UHGV virus genome: UHGV-1352483
Direction: 5' to 3' (one strand)
DNA from: a virus
Length of the DNA: 64,000 nucleotides
Both the position numbers and the translations under genes were made by a program. The first letter of the stretch is position 1. Each line of letters opens with the position of its first letter. The notes beneath the pieces were generated by a model. That model searched no databases, was not told where the DNA came from, and saw only the letters and a program-made list of their open reading frames with translations. Below are positions 1-8,598 of the stretch, one piece after another.

Positions 1-74
1 GGATGGGAGATAATCCCTGATACTGATAGATGTGTGGGATAAAACTATATTGTATAACAGAAAAAAAAAAAACA

Positions 75-839
75 ATGAAAAGAGAAAGAAGTATTGAGGA
101 AATCATCTCAATTGTAAAAGTTAACGTAGGAAAAGAAGTAAAATGTTCTATGGGGCAAATTGGTAGAAAGGTAATTGCTGGGTACAGACAAGGAAACATT
201 AATGGTAATTTCGGTATATTGATAGGATTTCCTGATTCCTGTACAGCAGGCTGGGGATGCCCTATAGCAAGTGATGTCATTTTATTTAAATGTAAAAGCT
301 ATTGGTGGGTGGAACCTAAAGTTCTGTTAAATGAAAATCCTTATCTTGATTGTGATGTACAGAATAAACCATTGAACCTTGTAGAAATATTGAAGGATGT
401 TCCTCTTGGTACAAAGCTGTATTGCCCTGTATATGGAGAGGTTGCTTTAGAGGAAATAGACTATTGTGCAGATTATCCAATAATGTTCACTTTTGGATCT
501 GTTACAAAGGAGGGAAAATTCTACGAGGGCTATGAAGATGGAGAATGTATGCTGTTTCCCTCAAAAGAGAATAGGGATTGGAGCAAGTTTGTTCCTCCTT
601 TGAAAGACTTGGAGATTGATACTCCTATATTCTTATCTCACGATGGAGAACAATGGCTTTTCAGATATTATGCTGGAAAGGGGAGATACTTTGGAGACGG
701 TAAAACCAGTAAAAGTAAAGGTTTATTCACTCTTGGTATTTGTGAGTTCTCATATGTAGTCCTTGCAAAGGATTTCTGTTTTGATAATCCTACCTGTAAT
801 ACAGCCAAGTCTATTAAAGCTTCATTGCCATGTGGTTAA
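75..839 (+). CDS. Cys-rich hypothetical protein
   Basis: ORF 30..839 in the six-frame track. Start moved to the ATG at 75, which follows an A12 tract (61-72), the pattern seen before many genes in this block. No recognisable motifs. Confidence 0.45.
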   Translation: MKRERSIEEIISIVKVNVGKEVKCSMGQIGRKVIAGYRQGNINGNFGILIGFPDSCTAGWGCPIASDVILFKCKSYWWVEPKVLLNENPYLDCDVQNKPLNLVEILKDVPLGTKLYCPVYGEVALEEIDYCADYPIMFTFGSVTKEGKFYEGYEDGECMLFPSKENRDWSKFVPPLKDLEIDTPIFLSHDGEQWLFRYYAGKGRYFGDGKTSKSKGLFTLGICEFSYVVLAKDFCFDNPTCNTAKSIKASLPCG

Positions 840-1234
840 ATCTGATGCTTGAGTTCTTCTTATTAGGATTGATAGGAGGACTCTTGGGTATATTCTATAG
901 GAATTGCCTGAAACCTAGGAATATGATATTCAATTGGTGGTACTATAATGTCTTAGAGCATTGGGTAATTGAAGGACACTTATGTGTTGCCACTAAGTGG
1001 GATAAGTTCAAAAGATGGATTGCATTTCCATTAGGATATTGTATCTATTGCAGTGCAACTTGGATAACATTCTTCCTATGTATAATATACCTTTCAAGTT
1101 GGGAAGTTCTACCTAAATGGCAGGATATTCTGATAGGAATTATATTTGCCAGTGGTATCCAGCATTTAGTAGTATGTATAGCATGCAGGTTCCTTATAAA
1201 GGGGCATCATGATTTGGATAATGATATAGAATAA
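830..1234 (+). CDS. small multi-pass membrane protein
   Basis: The 134-aa ORF is dominated by hydrophobic segments (LLGLIGGLLGIF, ITFFLCIIYL, ILIGIIFASGI) and overlaps the upstream ORF by a few nt. Confidence 0.45.
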   Translation: MWLNLMLEFFLLGLIGGLLGIFYRNCLKPRNMIFNWWYYNVLEHWVIEGHLCVATKWDKFKRWIAFPLGYCIYCSATWITFFLCIIYLSSWEVLPKWQDILIGIIFASGIQHLVVCIACRFLIKGHHDLDNDIE

Positions 1235-1292
1235 GTTAAAATAATGTTAAACTCCTCTTTATATTTGCATATATCGGGGAGTTTACTTTACT

Positions 1293-2741
1293 TTGCAAAG
1301 TAATAATCAATTAAAGGAGATAAATGAAATGAATAAAGTAAATCCGTCAATAAAGAAATCAACTAGATTTGATACTGAAAGATTGGCTGGTGGTTCAGGA
1401 GCTTTAGTAGCTAAACAGAATAATACAGCATTGTTGAAAAGAGCAGTCCTCGCTAATTTATTATGGGAGGATATAGCTTATATGGATGGAGAATCTGTAG
1501 CTGATGAAATCAAGAGATTGATACCATTATGCCCTGCTGAAGATGTATATGATATAGCTTTGGCTGCAAGAACAGAACAGAAGTTAAGACATACTCCATT
1601 GTTCCTTGCATCAGAAATGTGTAAATATCCTGAACATAAACTATTTGTTTCAGACTTGTTGCCTAGGATAATTACAAGAGCGGATATGCTTGCTGATTTT
1701 CTTGCTATTTATTGGAAGGAAGGTAAGAAACCTATTGCCAATCAAGCAAAGAAAGGTCTTGCGGAAGCCTTTCATAATTTCAATGAATACAAGTTTGCAA
1801 AGTATGATAGGGAATCGGAAATCAAACTGAGGGATGTTTTATTTCTTGTTCATCCTAAACCGAATAATGCAGATGAGGAAGCTCTCTTCAAGAAGATTGC
1901 AGAGAGAAATTTGAGGACTCCCGATACATGGGAGGTAGCATTGTCAGCAGAAGGGAATAAGAAAGAAACATGGGTCAGATTGATTGAAGAAGGTAAGATA
2001 GGAGGACTTGCAATGCTGAGGAATATATCAAATATGATGAAAGCAAGTGTACCGATAAAAGTTATTGAAGAGGGACTAAACAGTATTCAATCTTCAATGC
2101 TCTTACCTTTTGATTTCCTTAAAGCATTCAAACAGAATCCTCAGTTTAGAAGACAGATTGAAGATGCAATGTTAAGTTCTTATGAACACCTTCCTAAACT
2201 TCCAGGCAGAACTCTATTTATATTGGACTGTTCAGGTTCAATGACAGCAAATCTGTCATATAGGTCTCAGCTTACAAGGCTTGATGCTGCAAAAGCTATG
2301 GCTATGCTGGCTATAAACCAATGTGAGGATTATGAGCTTGTATGTACAGCAGGAAATGATAGTAGAAAAAAAGGAGCTCACACAATAATCAATTATCCCT
2401 CAAGAGGATTTGATTTGCTAAGACAGATAGATGATACAAGTCATTTGATAGGTGGAGGAGGAATATTCACAAGACAATGTTTGGAATGGTGTAAGAGTAA
2501 ATATGCAGCAGGGGAACCTTTTGAGAGAATAATAGTATTCTCTGACTCTCAGGACTGTGATTATCCTGAAAAGAGAGTTCCCAAACCATTTGGGAAATAC
2601 AATTATATCTGTGATGTTTCATCAGAACTTAAAGGTGTAGACTATAAGGGAATATGGACAGCGGAAATAAGTAGTTTCAGTGCACATTTCCTTACCTATA
2701 TTGCAGCTATGGAAGGTCTGGAAAATAGATTTGAGGAATAA
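1293..2741 (+). CDS. rsr: Ro60/TROVE-domain + vWA protein (Rsr-like)
   Basis: The C-terminal vWA has the MIDAS motif LFILDCSGSM, then AAKAMAML and RIIVFSDSQD. These parallel the human Ro60 blocks FLLAVDVSASM, AAAMCMVV and VFIVFTDNET. N-terminal segments LAMLRNISNMMKASV, LFLVHPKP and RHTPLFLASEMC parallel Ro60 LLRNLGKMTANSV, LRLSHLKP and TTKQEPMLFALAIC, compared against the remembered human sequence. Two tRNA-like RNAs lie immediately downstream. Confidence 0.75.
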   Translation: MQSNNQLKEINEMNKVNPSIKKSTRFDTERLAGGSGALVAKQNNTALLKRAVLANLLWEDIAYMDGESVADEIKRLIPLCPAEDVYDIALAARTEQKLRHTPLFLASEMCKYPEHKLFVSDLLPRIITRADMLADFLAIYWKEGKKPIANQAKKGLAEAFHNFNEYKFAKYDRESEIKLRDVLFLVHPKPNNADEEALFKKIAERNLRTPDTWEVALSAEGNKKETWVRLIEEGKIGGLAMLRNISNMMKASVPIKVIEEGLNSIQSSMLLPFDFLKAFKQNPQFRRQIEDAMLSSYEHLPKLPGRTLFILDCSGSMTANLSYRSQLTRLDAAKAMAMLAINQCEDYELVCTAGNDSRKKGAHTIINYPSRGFDLLRQIDDTSHLIGGGGIFTRQCLEWCKSKYAAGEPFERIIVFSDSQDCDYPEKRVPKPFGKYNYICDVSSELKGVDYKGIWTAEISSFSAHFLTYIAAMEGLENRFEE

Positions 2742-2841
2742 GATAAAGAAAAAGTACCATTAGTGATTATTAGGGTTACTTCTATAATAATTTGAACAGG
2801 TCAAAACAATACCCTAATGACTGTTCTATGGTACTAATATG

Positions 2842-2971
2842 AAGGGGATAGCTCAGTCTGGTAGAGCACGTATAATACTGTATCTATTGTTATCATCTTT
2901 GGATGTATTGCTGATACAGTTACTTCAGGCTTTTAACCTTGTGGTCGTAGGTTCAAATCCTACTCCCCTTC
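2842..2971 (+). ncRNA. tRNA-like RNA with a ~55-nt insertion (candidate Y RNA / YrlA-like tRNA mimic)
   Basis: Perfect 7-bp acceptor stem AAGGGGA (2842-2848) with TCCCCTT (2964-2970). Canonical positions 8-9 TA. D-arm GCTC-AGTCTGGTA-GAGC (2851-2867). T-arm GTAGG-TTCAAAT-CCTAC (2947-2963). Lys-like anticodon loop CTTTTAA on a weak stem, then a 5-nt variable loop. About 55 extra nt containing an 8-bp hairpin (ACTGTATC/GATACAGT) sit between the D-arm and the anticodon stem, so it is not a canonical tRNA. Confidence 0.6.
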
Positions 2972-2976
2972 CTATA

Positions 2977-3107
2977 GGGGCATGTTACTCTCTGGTATTT
3001 CTAATGAACCTAGGATTAATTAGGATATCAACAGGTGGGAGAGTATCTTATATCTCTGAAATGCAAATAGGAGATTAATAAGTGAGGTTCGAGTCCTCCA
3101 TGCTCCT
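2977..3107 (+). ncRNA. second tandem tRNA-like element (degenerate; candidate second Y RNA-like RNA)
   Basis: Starts 5 nt after the first element. The 7-bp acceptor-like stem GGGGCAT (2977-2983) pairs with ATGCTCC (3100-3106) with one G.U pair. T-arm TGAGG-TTCGAGT-CCTCC (3083-3099) has a canonical TTCGAGT loop. No canonical D or anticodon arm was found between them. Confidence 0.35.
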
Positions 3108-3262
3108 CAATTAAAGAAAAAAAAAAATAAGATTAGTGTATTTAACGCTTACTTCAATTAATCAGTGCAGAATATAAAAATAGCGTTATAACTGTTCTAC
3201 CTTATTATCAAGCCTACTATTCAATAAAAAGAGTAGTAGGCTTTCTTTATTTATAGGATACT

Positions 3263-3634
3263 GTGTTATTATATATGAATAATGAAGTTAAAGTAAGTCT
3301 TACTGTTGTTCTTCCAGGAAGAACTATGGTAAGCCAGCAGGTGGCTGAAAACAAACCATTAGAGAGCTATGATACCATTGTAGTTGAACTTTGGGATAAG
3401 GAAGTACAGAAAAGGGAAAGGATGTTTGTAAAAGTAAGAAAGTCTATTCCTGCCAAACAGTCTATCAATCTTTCTGTGGATGCCTATAAATATATGGTGT
3501 CTGATGAAGCCCCTTATTTTATTAAGTCAAAGGTCTGGAAAGCCATGAATATAAAGAACAGACTTGAAGCTCACTTACAGAAGATTTGTGAACAATTAAA
3601 TGGTATATCATATACCTATGAGGTGTTAAACTAA
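3263..3634 (+). CDS. hypothetical protein
   Basis: 123-aa ORF with no recognisable motifs. Followed by an A11 tract and the next start codon. Confidence 0.4.
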   Translation: MLLYMNNEVKVSLTVVLPGRTMVSQQVAENKPLESYDTIVVELWDKEVQKRERMFVKVRKSIPAKQSINLSVDAYKYMVSDEAPYFIKSKVWKAMNIKNRLEAHLQKICEQLNGISYTYEVLN

Positions 3635-3644
3635 AAAAAAAAAC

Positions 3645-4145
3645 ATGGGAATAACAAAATGGACTCCTGAAATGGAGACAGAATTAAAACATTGTATAGA
3701 GCAACATGGGTGGTCATTAGGCACAGAAGCATTTAGAGCTTTACATCCTTCAATGTCTTATAGTGCATGTGCAAGCAAATGGTACATGTTCAAAAATAAT
3801 GGAGCTACCCATAGAAACCCTCGTGGAAAAGCAAGACTTCTAATCAGGGATAATATTGAGTTCATTAAAGAAGTAATATCTGAAAATCCTGATAACTTAA
3901 GAAGAGCTTTCAACATTATATCCAGAGAATTGAATATTGGAATTTCATATGTACAGGGTTGCTGGTATAATCATGAAAATTCTCCTATGCATAGAAGTAG
4001 GATAGGAAGCTGCTTTATGACTGTTGGCAAAAGAATGGGTGACAATACCAAGAATATAGCAGGAGATGCTTCATATTCTGTTGATTCTAAGGTATATGAG
4101 AAAGCTATTAAGAGGACTCTTAAGAACATTATACATGATAAGTAA
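3645..4145 (+). CDS. hypothetical protein, possible SANT/Myb-like HTH
   Basis: The start codon follows TAA-A11-C (3633-3644). The N-terminal WTPEMETELKHCIEQHGW...W spacing resembles a Myb/SANT repeat. Weak call. Confidence 0.4.
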   Translation: MGITKWTPEMETELKHCIEQHGWSLGTEAFRALHPSMSYSACASKWYMFKNNGATHRNPRGKARLLIRDNIEFIKEVISENPDNLRRAFNIISRELNIGISYVQGCWYNHENSPMHRSRIGSCFMTVGKRMGDNTKNIAGDASYSVDSKVYEKAIKRTLKNIIHDK

Positions 4146-4169
4146 TCAACTGTATTATTAAAGAGAACT

Positions 4170-4355
4170 GTGTTATTTATTAAGGTAGTAGTAATTCTGT
4201 TTGTTGTAGTTTGGGTTATAATATCCTTAAAGAGATATAAGCCTAAGATTGAGATTGTAGAATCATATAATACTATAATAGTATTACTATGGTATAATAA
4301 AAAAGACTGGTTTGGGAGTATTACCCGAGCCTATAAAATATTGTTTGAAATATGA
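4170..4355 (+). CDS. small hydrophobic protein
   Basis: 61 aa with one strongly hydrophobic segment (VVVILFVVVWVIISL). Could also be non-coding spacer. Confidence 0.25.
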   Translation: MLFIKVVVILFVVVWVIISLKRYKPKIEIVESYNTIIVLLWYNKKDWFGSITRAYKILFEI

Positions 4356-4819
4356 AGAAATTTCTATTGATTTATAGTATCCTCATTACAGCTGTATTTG
4401 GATTCTATTTTCTGTATAAGGAACATAAGGCAGTACCGGAATCTATGGAAGTAGGAGTAGTATTAGCCCAACCTGAGTTCCTGTTTAAGGAACTGAATGA
4501 TTCCATACTTATGCTGGCTTGTGAACACTATGGCTTAAAGGAGCCTAAGATAGTAACAGCCCAAGCTATATTGGAGACAGGGTGGTTCAGGTCTAAAGTA
4601 TTCAGAGAATATAATAACCCATTTGGACTGTTCAATAGCAGGACTATGCAGTATTTCAGATTCAGGCATTGGTCTGATGCTGTTATAATGTACAGGGATA
4701 ATATACAGAAAAGACTCAAGAGGAATGAGGACTATTATAATTTCCTTAAAAGGATAGGATATGCGGAAGACGAAGATTATATCAATAAAGTAAAGGCTTT
4801 AACTGATAGTCTTAGATGA
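4352..4819 (+). CDS. membrane-anchored glucosaminidase-family peptidoglycan hydrolase
   Basis: N-terminal TM helix (LLIYSILITAVFGFYFLY). The motif AQAILETGWFRS...NNPFGLFN matches the FlgJ/mannosyl-glycoprotein endo-beta-N-acetylglucosaminidase signature AQAxLESGWG...NNLFGIK. Confidence 0.6.
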   Translation: MKKFLLIYSILITAVFGFYFLYKEHKAVPESMEVGVVLAQPEFLFKELNDSILMLACEHYGLKEPKIVTAQAILETGWFRSKVFREYNNPFGLFNSRTMQYFRFRHWSDAVIMYRDNIQKRLKRNEDYYNFLKRIGYAEDEDYINKVKALTDSLR

Positions 4820-4839
4820 TAAAGACAAAAAAAAAGTTT

Positions 4840-5193
4840 ATGGAAATCAAGAGATTGAATATAAAATGGATTGATAAGGAAAATTTCATTTATACAGATA
4901 AAGAAGGGAAGGAGTTTTCCTACAAATGGATAGATGGAGGGAAATATTTCTCCAATAGAGGGGGACAGGCCAACGACCTTATATTTGATAGGGCTGTAGG
5001 AAATAAAGAGCAGAAGAGGCAATTCACACAGGAAGTTCTTGGGTATTGTGAAGGAGGGGATTTTCCTGTATGTTATTCCCTTGAAGATGCTACCAAATTA
5101 GTAAATGCCCTTAGAAAAGAATATCCTTGCTCAATTACTTCCTGTATAGTTGAAGACGAAGATGATGAAATAAAGCTTGATTTTTGTATTTAA
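4840..5193 (+). CDS. hypothetical protein
   Basis: In-frame with track ORF 4816..5193. The ATG at 4840 follows A9 (4827-4835) and is the more likely start. Confidence 0.4.
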   Translation: MEIKRLNIKWIDKENFIYTDKEGKEFSYKWIDGGKYFSNRGGQANDLIFDRAVGNKEQKRQFTQEVLGYCEGGDFPVCYSLEDATKLVNALRKEYPCSITSCIVEDEDDEIKLDFCI

Positions 5194-5209
5194 TAACAAA
5201 AAAAAAAAG

Positions 5210-5524
5210 ATGAAAATTATGAAAAAGTTAGAAGCATTAGCAAAAGGTTTAATCAAGGATTATCAGGTAGAGAGTAGAATGAAAAGAATCAACAGTGCAG
5301 TTGAAATGGCTAAGTTGAATCTTGAAGATGAAATCAATAAGATGAAATCAGAATATGAGGATTTGGAAGTATTACTTGCTACTGATGGCCCTATTGAAGA
5401 TACCATCCAAAGGATGTTCAAGATTACTCAGGGTATCAGAAAGAATGAGAAAGCTCTTGTTGATTTGAAGGCTGTAGTATCATCCTTGAATGAAGAAGTT
5501 GAAGCTGATAAAGTAAGCAAATGA
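5210..5524 (+). CDS. coiled-coil hypothetical protein
   Basis: The ATG at 5210 follows A11 (5198-5208), in-frame with track ORF 5177..5524. Charged heptad-like sequence. ATGA overlap with the next gene. Confidence 0.4.
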   Translation: MKIMKKLEALAKGLIKDYQVESRMKRINSAVEMAKLNLEDEINKMKSEYEDLEVLLATDGPIEDTIQRMFKITQGIRKNEKALVDLKAVVSSLNEEVEADKVSK

Positions 5525-6750
5525 CAAGGGAAGAGGTATCTAAGAAAGCAGTAAAACTAATGGAGGGCAATAAGAATGTTGCCCTTCAATGGGCTACTGG
5601 AGTAGGTAAATCGAAAGCTGCCCTTGATATAATCCAGAGTCTTAAAGATAAAGGGGAATTAAGTAAGGGAGTATTACTCTGTTATGCCGAGAAACCTCAT
5701 TTAATGAATTGGATGAATGAATTCAGGAAATGGGATAAAGATGGACTACTTGCTTTGGTAACTCCTACAACTTATGCCTCTTTAAAGAATCGTACTGGGG
5801 AAGAATACTCCCTTATAATCCTTGATGAAGGACATCATGCAGGTTCCAATCTTAGACTTGATATCCTTTCCTTGATTAAATCTGACCATGTTCTCTTATT
5901 ATCAGCCACTCTACATGATGTTATTGTACAGGACTTAGAACGTATATTCGGAAAGTTTGTTAACTACAAGATATCTTTAAAGGATGCAGTAAAAGGAGGG
6001 ATACTTCCTGAACCTAAGATATTTGTGATACCTTTGGAGTTGGATGATTATTATCCTATACATCAGGTTATACAGACAAGAGGGGCAAGTAAAAAGAGAG
6101 TTACAGTCAAGTGTACTTATGCTGAAAGGTGGAAATATCTGAAAGATAAGAAGAACTATCCCAATATTAAACTTATAATGAGCTGTACTGCCAAAGAGAA
6201 GAATAGTTTCCTTACAGAACAATCTGACTACTGGTATAAGCAGTTTGTAAGAGTGAGAAATGAGGCTATAAAGAATAAATGGCTTCAGATTGGGTCTGAA
6301 AGGAAGAGGTTCTTAGGGGAATGTAAGACAGATATATCAAAAGTTCTATTGAGGAAACTCAAGAAGAAAAGGTATATCTGTTTCTGCTCCAGTATAGACC
6401 AAGCTACAAAGTTAGGAAAAGATAATGCCATACATTCTGAGAGAAAGAATTCCCTTGAGATAATAGAGAAGTTCAATAACAAGGAGATAAATAATCTCTT
6501 TGCTGTAGGAATGCTACAGGAAGGACAGAATCTTGAAGGAATAGAGGCTGGAATAATCATCCAGCTTGATGGTCAGGAAAGAGGTTTTGTACAAAAGGCT
6601 GGAAGGGCAATGAGAGCAGAATCTCCTCTAGTATTCATTCTTTATTATAAAGGAACAAGGGATGAGGATTATCTCAACAATGTACTGTTGGATAAAGTAG
6701 ATACCCAGTATGTAAAAGAAGTTGAAGACATTTATGAATTAGAGGTATGA
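5521..6750 (+). CDS. SF2 (DEAD/DEAH/SNF2-like) helicase
   Basis: Walker A GVGKSKA, DEGH box (IILDEGHH), motif III SAT (LLSATL) and motif VI QKAGRAMR, in canonical order. Confidence 0.65.
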   Translation: MTREEVSKKAVKLMEGNKNVALQWATGVGKSKAALDIIQSLKDKGELSKGVLLCYAEKPHLMNWMNEFRKWDKDGLLALVTPTTYASLKNRTGEEYSLIILDEGHHAGSNLRLDILSLIKSDHVLLLSATLHDVIVQDLERIFGKFVNYKISLKDAVKGGILPEPKIFVIPLELDDYYPIHQVIQTRGASKKRVTVKCTYAERWKYLKDKKNYPNIKLIMSCTAKEKNSFLTEQSDYWYKQFVRVRNEAIKNKWLQIGSERKRFLGECKTDISKVLLRKLKKKRYICFCSSIDQATKLGKDNAIHSERKNSLEIIEKFNNKEINNLFAVGMLQEGQNLEGIEAGIIIQLDGQERGFVQKAGRAMRAESPLVFILYYKGTRDEDYLNNVLLDKVDTQYVKEVEDIYELEV

Positions 6751-7340
6751 TAGTAACAATAGATGAACAAAAGTGTGAGAAGAGTGGAATATCATTTCCT
6801 CAGGTACTAGCTATACTGTTGGTAAAGTCTGGTGTAGAACTTCCTAAGTTATTTACAGAATTGGAGGAAAAGAAGATTCTCGTAAGGGATGATATATTTG
6901 GAGGATATCTGGTAACTCAAAGATGGGATGATATAGTATCCAATATCATATTGGATTCTGATAAGGGAAGTCAGTCTGTAGACAGGCTTGATAACCTTGC
7001 AACAGAATTGATGAAGATATTTCCAGAAGGAAGGAAAGAGGGGTCTTCACAATATTGGAGAGGCAATAGGAAAGATATTACTTTGAGGTTGAAGAAGTTC
7101 TTTAAGCTTTATGGCAATAAATGGAAAGACAGGGAGATACTGGATGCAGCCAGAAGATATATTGAATCATTCAATGGGAACTATTCTTATATGAGAGTAT
7201 TGAAGTATTTTATATGGAAGGATGAAAGGAAGATGGATGAAAACGGGGATATGTATATTGACCCTAAATCTGACCTTGCAACCTTGCTTGAGAATGAGGA
7301 TACCGTACTTTCAGGAGACTGGACTAGTGAATTAAATTAA
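6747..7340 (+). CDS. hypothetical protein
   Basis: 197-aa ORF translationally coupled to the helicase by an ATGA overlap. Confidence 0.4.
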   Translation: MIVTIDEQKCEKSGISFPQVLAILLVKSGVELPKLFTELEEKKILVRDDIFGGYLVTQRWDDIVSNIILDSDKGSQSVDRLDNLATELMKIFPEGRKEGSSQYWRGNRKDITLRLKKFFKLYGNKWKDREILDAARRYIESFNGNYSYMRVLKYFIWKDERKMDENGDMYIDPKSDLATLLENEDTVLSGDWTSELN

Positions 7341-7347
7341 ATGGAAT

Positions 7348-8598
7348 ATGGCTGAAAAAGATAGCTTTGATAGGGCTCTTGAGAAGTTAAAGGAAAGAAG
7401 AAAGAGGATACTTGAAGGTAAGATTAACTGTATTCCATTATCCTTTTCAAGGCTTAGAGCATGGCTTCCTGGTATAGAGAAGAAAAGATATAATATCATA
7501 ACTGCCAATCAGAAGGTAGGAAAGAGTAAACTAGCAGATTACATATTGGTATATGAGCCTTTCTTCTATGTATTGGAACATCCTGAGCAAGTAAGATTGA
7601 ATATACTTTATTTCACTCTTGAAATGGGCAAGGAAGAGAAGTTCTATGAGTTTCTGTGTCACTTGTTATTCAGATTGGATAATATAAGGATATCCCCCAC
7701 AGACTTAAAGAGTACATCTGCTGACAGACCTGTTCCTGAGAATGTTATAGAACTGCTTGAATCCGAGAAATATCAGAGATATATTGACAAGTTCAAGGAA
7801 ACTGTTATCTATATAGACCATGAAAGGAATCCTACAGGAATTCAGAAGTATATATGGAATTATATGCTTGAAAGAGGAAAATTCCATTATAAAACCAGTA
7901 AGAGAAAGAATGCTGACACAGGTATAGTGGAAGATACTCAGGTCATAGATTACTATGAGCCCGATGACCCTGAAGGATATGTACTGACAATATTAGATAA
8001 TTACTCGAATCTTTCAAGTGAGAATGGACTGAATAAAATGCAGACCATTGAAAAAATGAGTAAGTATGCTATTCAGTTAAGGGATATTTTTGAACTTAAT
8101 TTTACTGCTATCCAACATCAGGCTCAGGCTCAGGAAGGAATCGAGAATCAAAAGCTGAACAAGATGATGCCTTCTTCTGATGGTCTCGCAGATTGTAAGA
8201 CAACGACAAGAGATGCTAATTTAGTATTAGGGTTATATAGTCCTTATAAATATGGTTTAAGAGAGTATGAGGGATATGATATTACCCAGTTCAAGAACAA
8301 TATAAGATTTATGCAGGTTATTGAGGACAGGGATAACGGAGCAGGAGGACAAATATGTCCTTTATTCTTCGATGGAGCTGTAAGCGTTTACAGGGAATTA
8401 CCTCTCCCTAATGATAAGAATGCTTTAACTGAGTATGTAACTTATGCCAACAGTATTAGTAGAAAGAGGAGCAGTCCTACATTCTTTACTGTAGGAAGTA
8501 AGGGTAAATCTAATTCTAATTGTAAAGGCTTGCTTAAATGGATTAAATGCACTATCTTTGCAGGATTTAAAATAAATAAAAAGAGAAAGGAAAAGTAA
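7348..8598 (+). CDS. DnaB/T7 gp4-like replicative helicase (RecA-fold ATPase)
   Basis: Walker A ANQKVGKSKLA, H2-like hydrophobic-Asp block TILDNYSNL and Q-containing H3-like AIQHQAQ. Sits beside the primase. Size is consistent with the family. Confidence 0.5.
   Translation: MAEKDSFDRALEKLKERRKRILEGKINCIPLSFSRLRAWLPGIEKKRYNIITANQKVGKSKLADYILVYEPFFYVLEHPEQVRLNILYFTLEMGKEEKFYEFLCHLLFRLDNIRISPTDLKSTSADRPVPENVIELLESEKYQRYIDKFKETVIYIDHERNPTGIQKYIWNYMLERGKFHYKTSKRKNADTGIVEDTQVIDYYEPDDPEGYVLTILDNYSNLSSENGLNKMQTIEKMSKYAIQLRDIFELNFTAIQHQAQAQEGIENQKLNKMMPSSDGLADCKTTTRDANLVLGLYSPYKYGLREYEGYDITQFKNNIRFMQVIEDRDNGAGGQICPLFFDGAVSVYRELPLPNDKNALTEYVTYANSISRKRSSPTFFTVGSKGKSNSNCKGLLKWIKCTIFAGFKINKKRKEK

Noticed and set aside
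2742-2841. Possible promoter for the tRNA-like RNAs in the 100-bp gap after rsr
   Set aside because: Only an imperfect TAnnTTTG-like match (ATAATTTG) without a convincing -33 element. Too weak to call.
2839-3078. 79-aa + strand ORF in the six-frame track
   Set aside because: It lies entirely over the two tRNA-like elements. The RNA structure explains the sequence better than a hydrophobic peptide with no start context.
4528-4719. Short antisense ORFs inside larger genes, e.g. 4528-4719(-), 5977-6222(-), 43687-43974(+), 54552-55076(+) and many others in the track
   Set aside because: These are shadow ORFs fully embedded in longer, motif-supported genes on the opposite strand. They show low-complexity translations and no independent signals.
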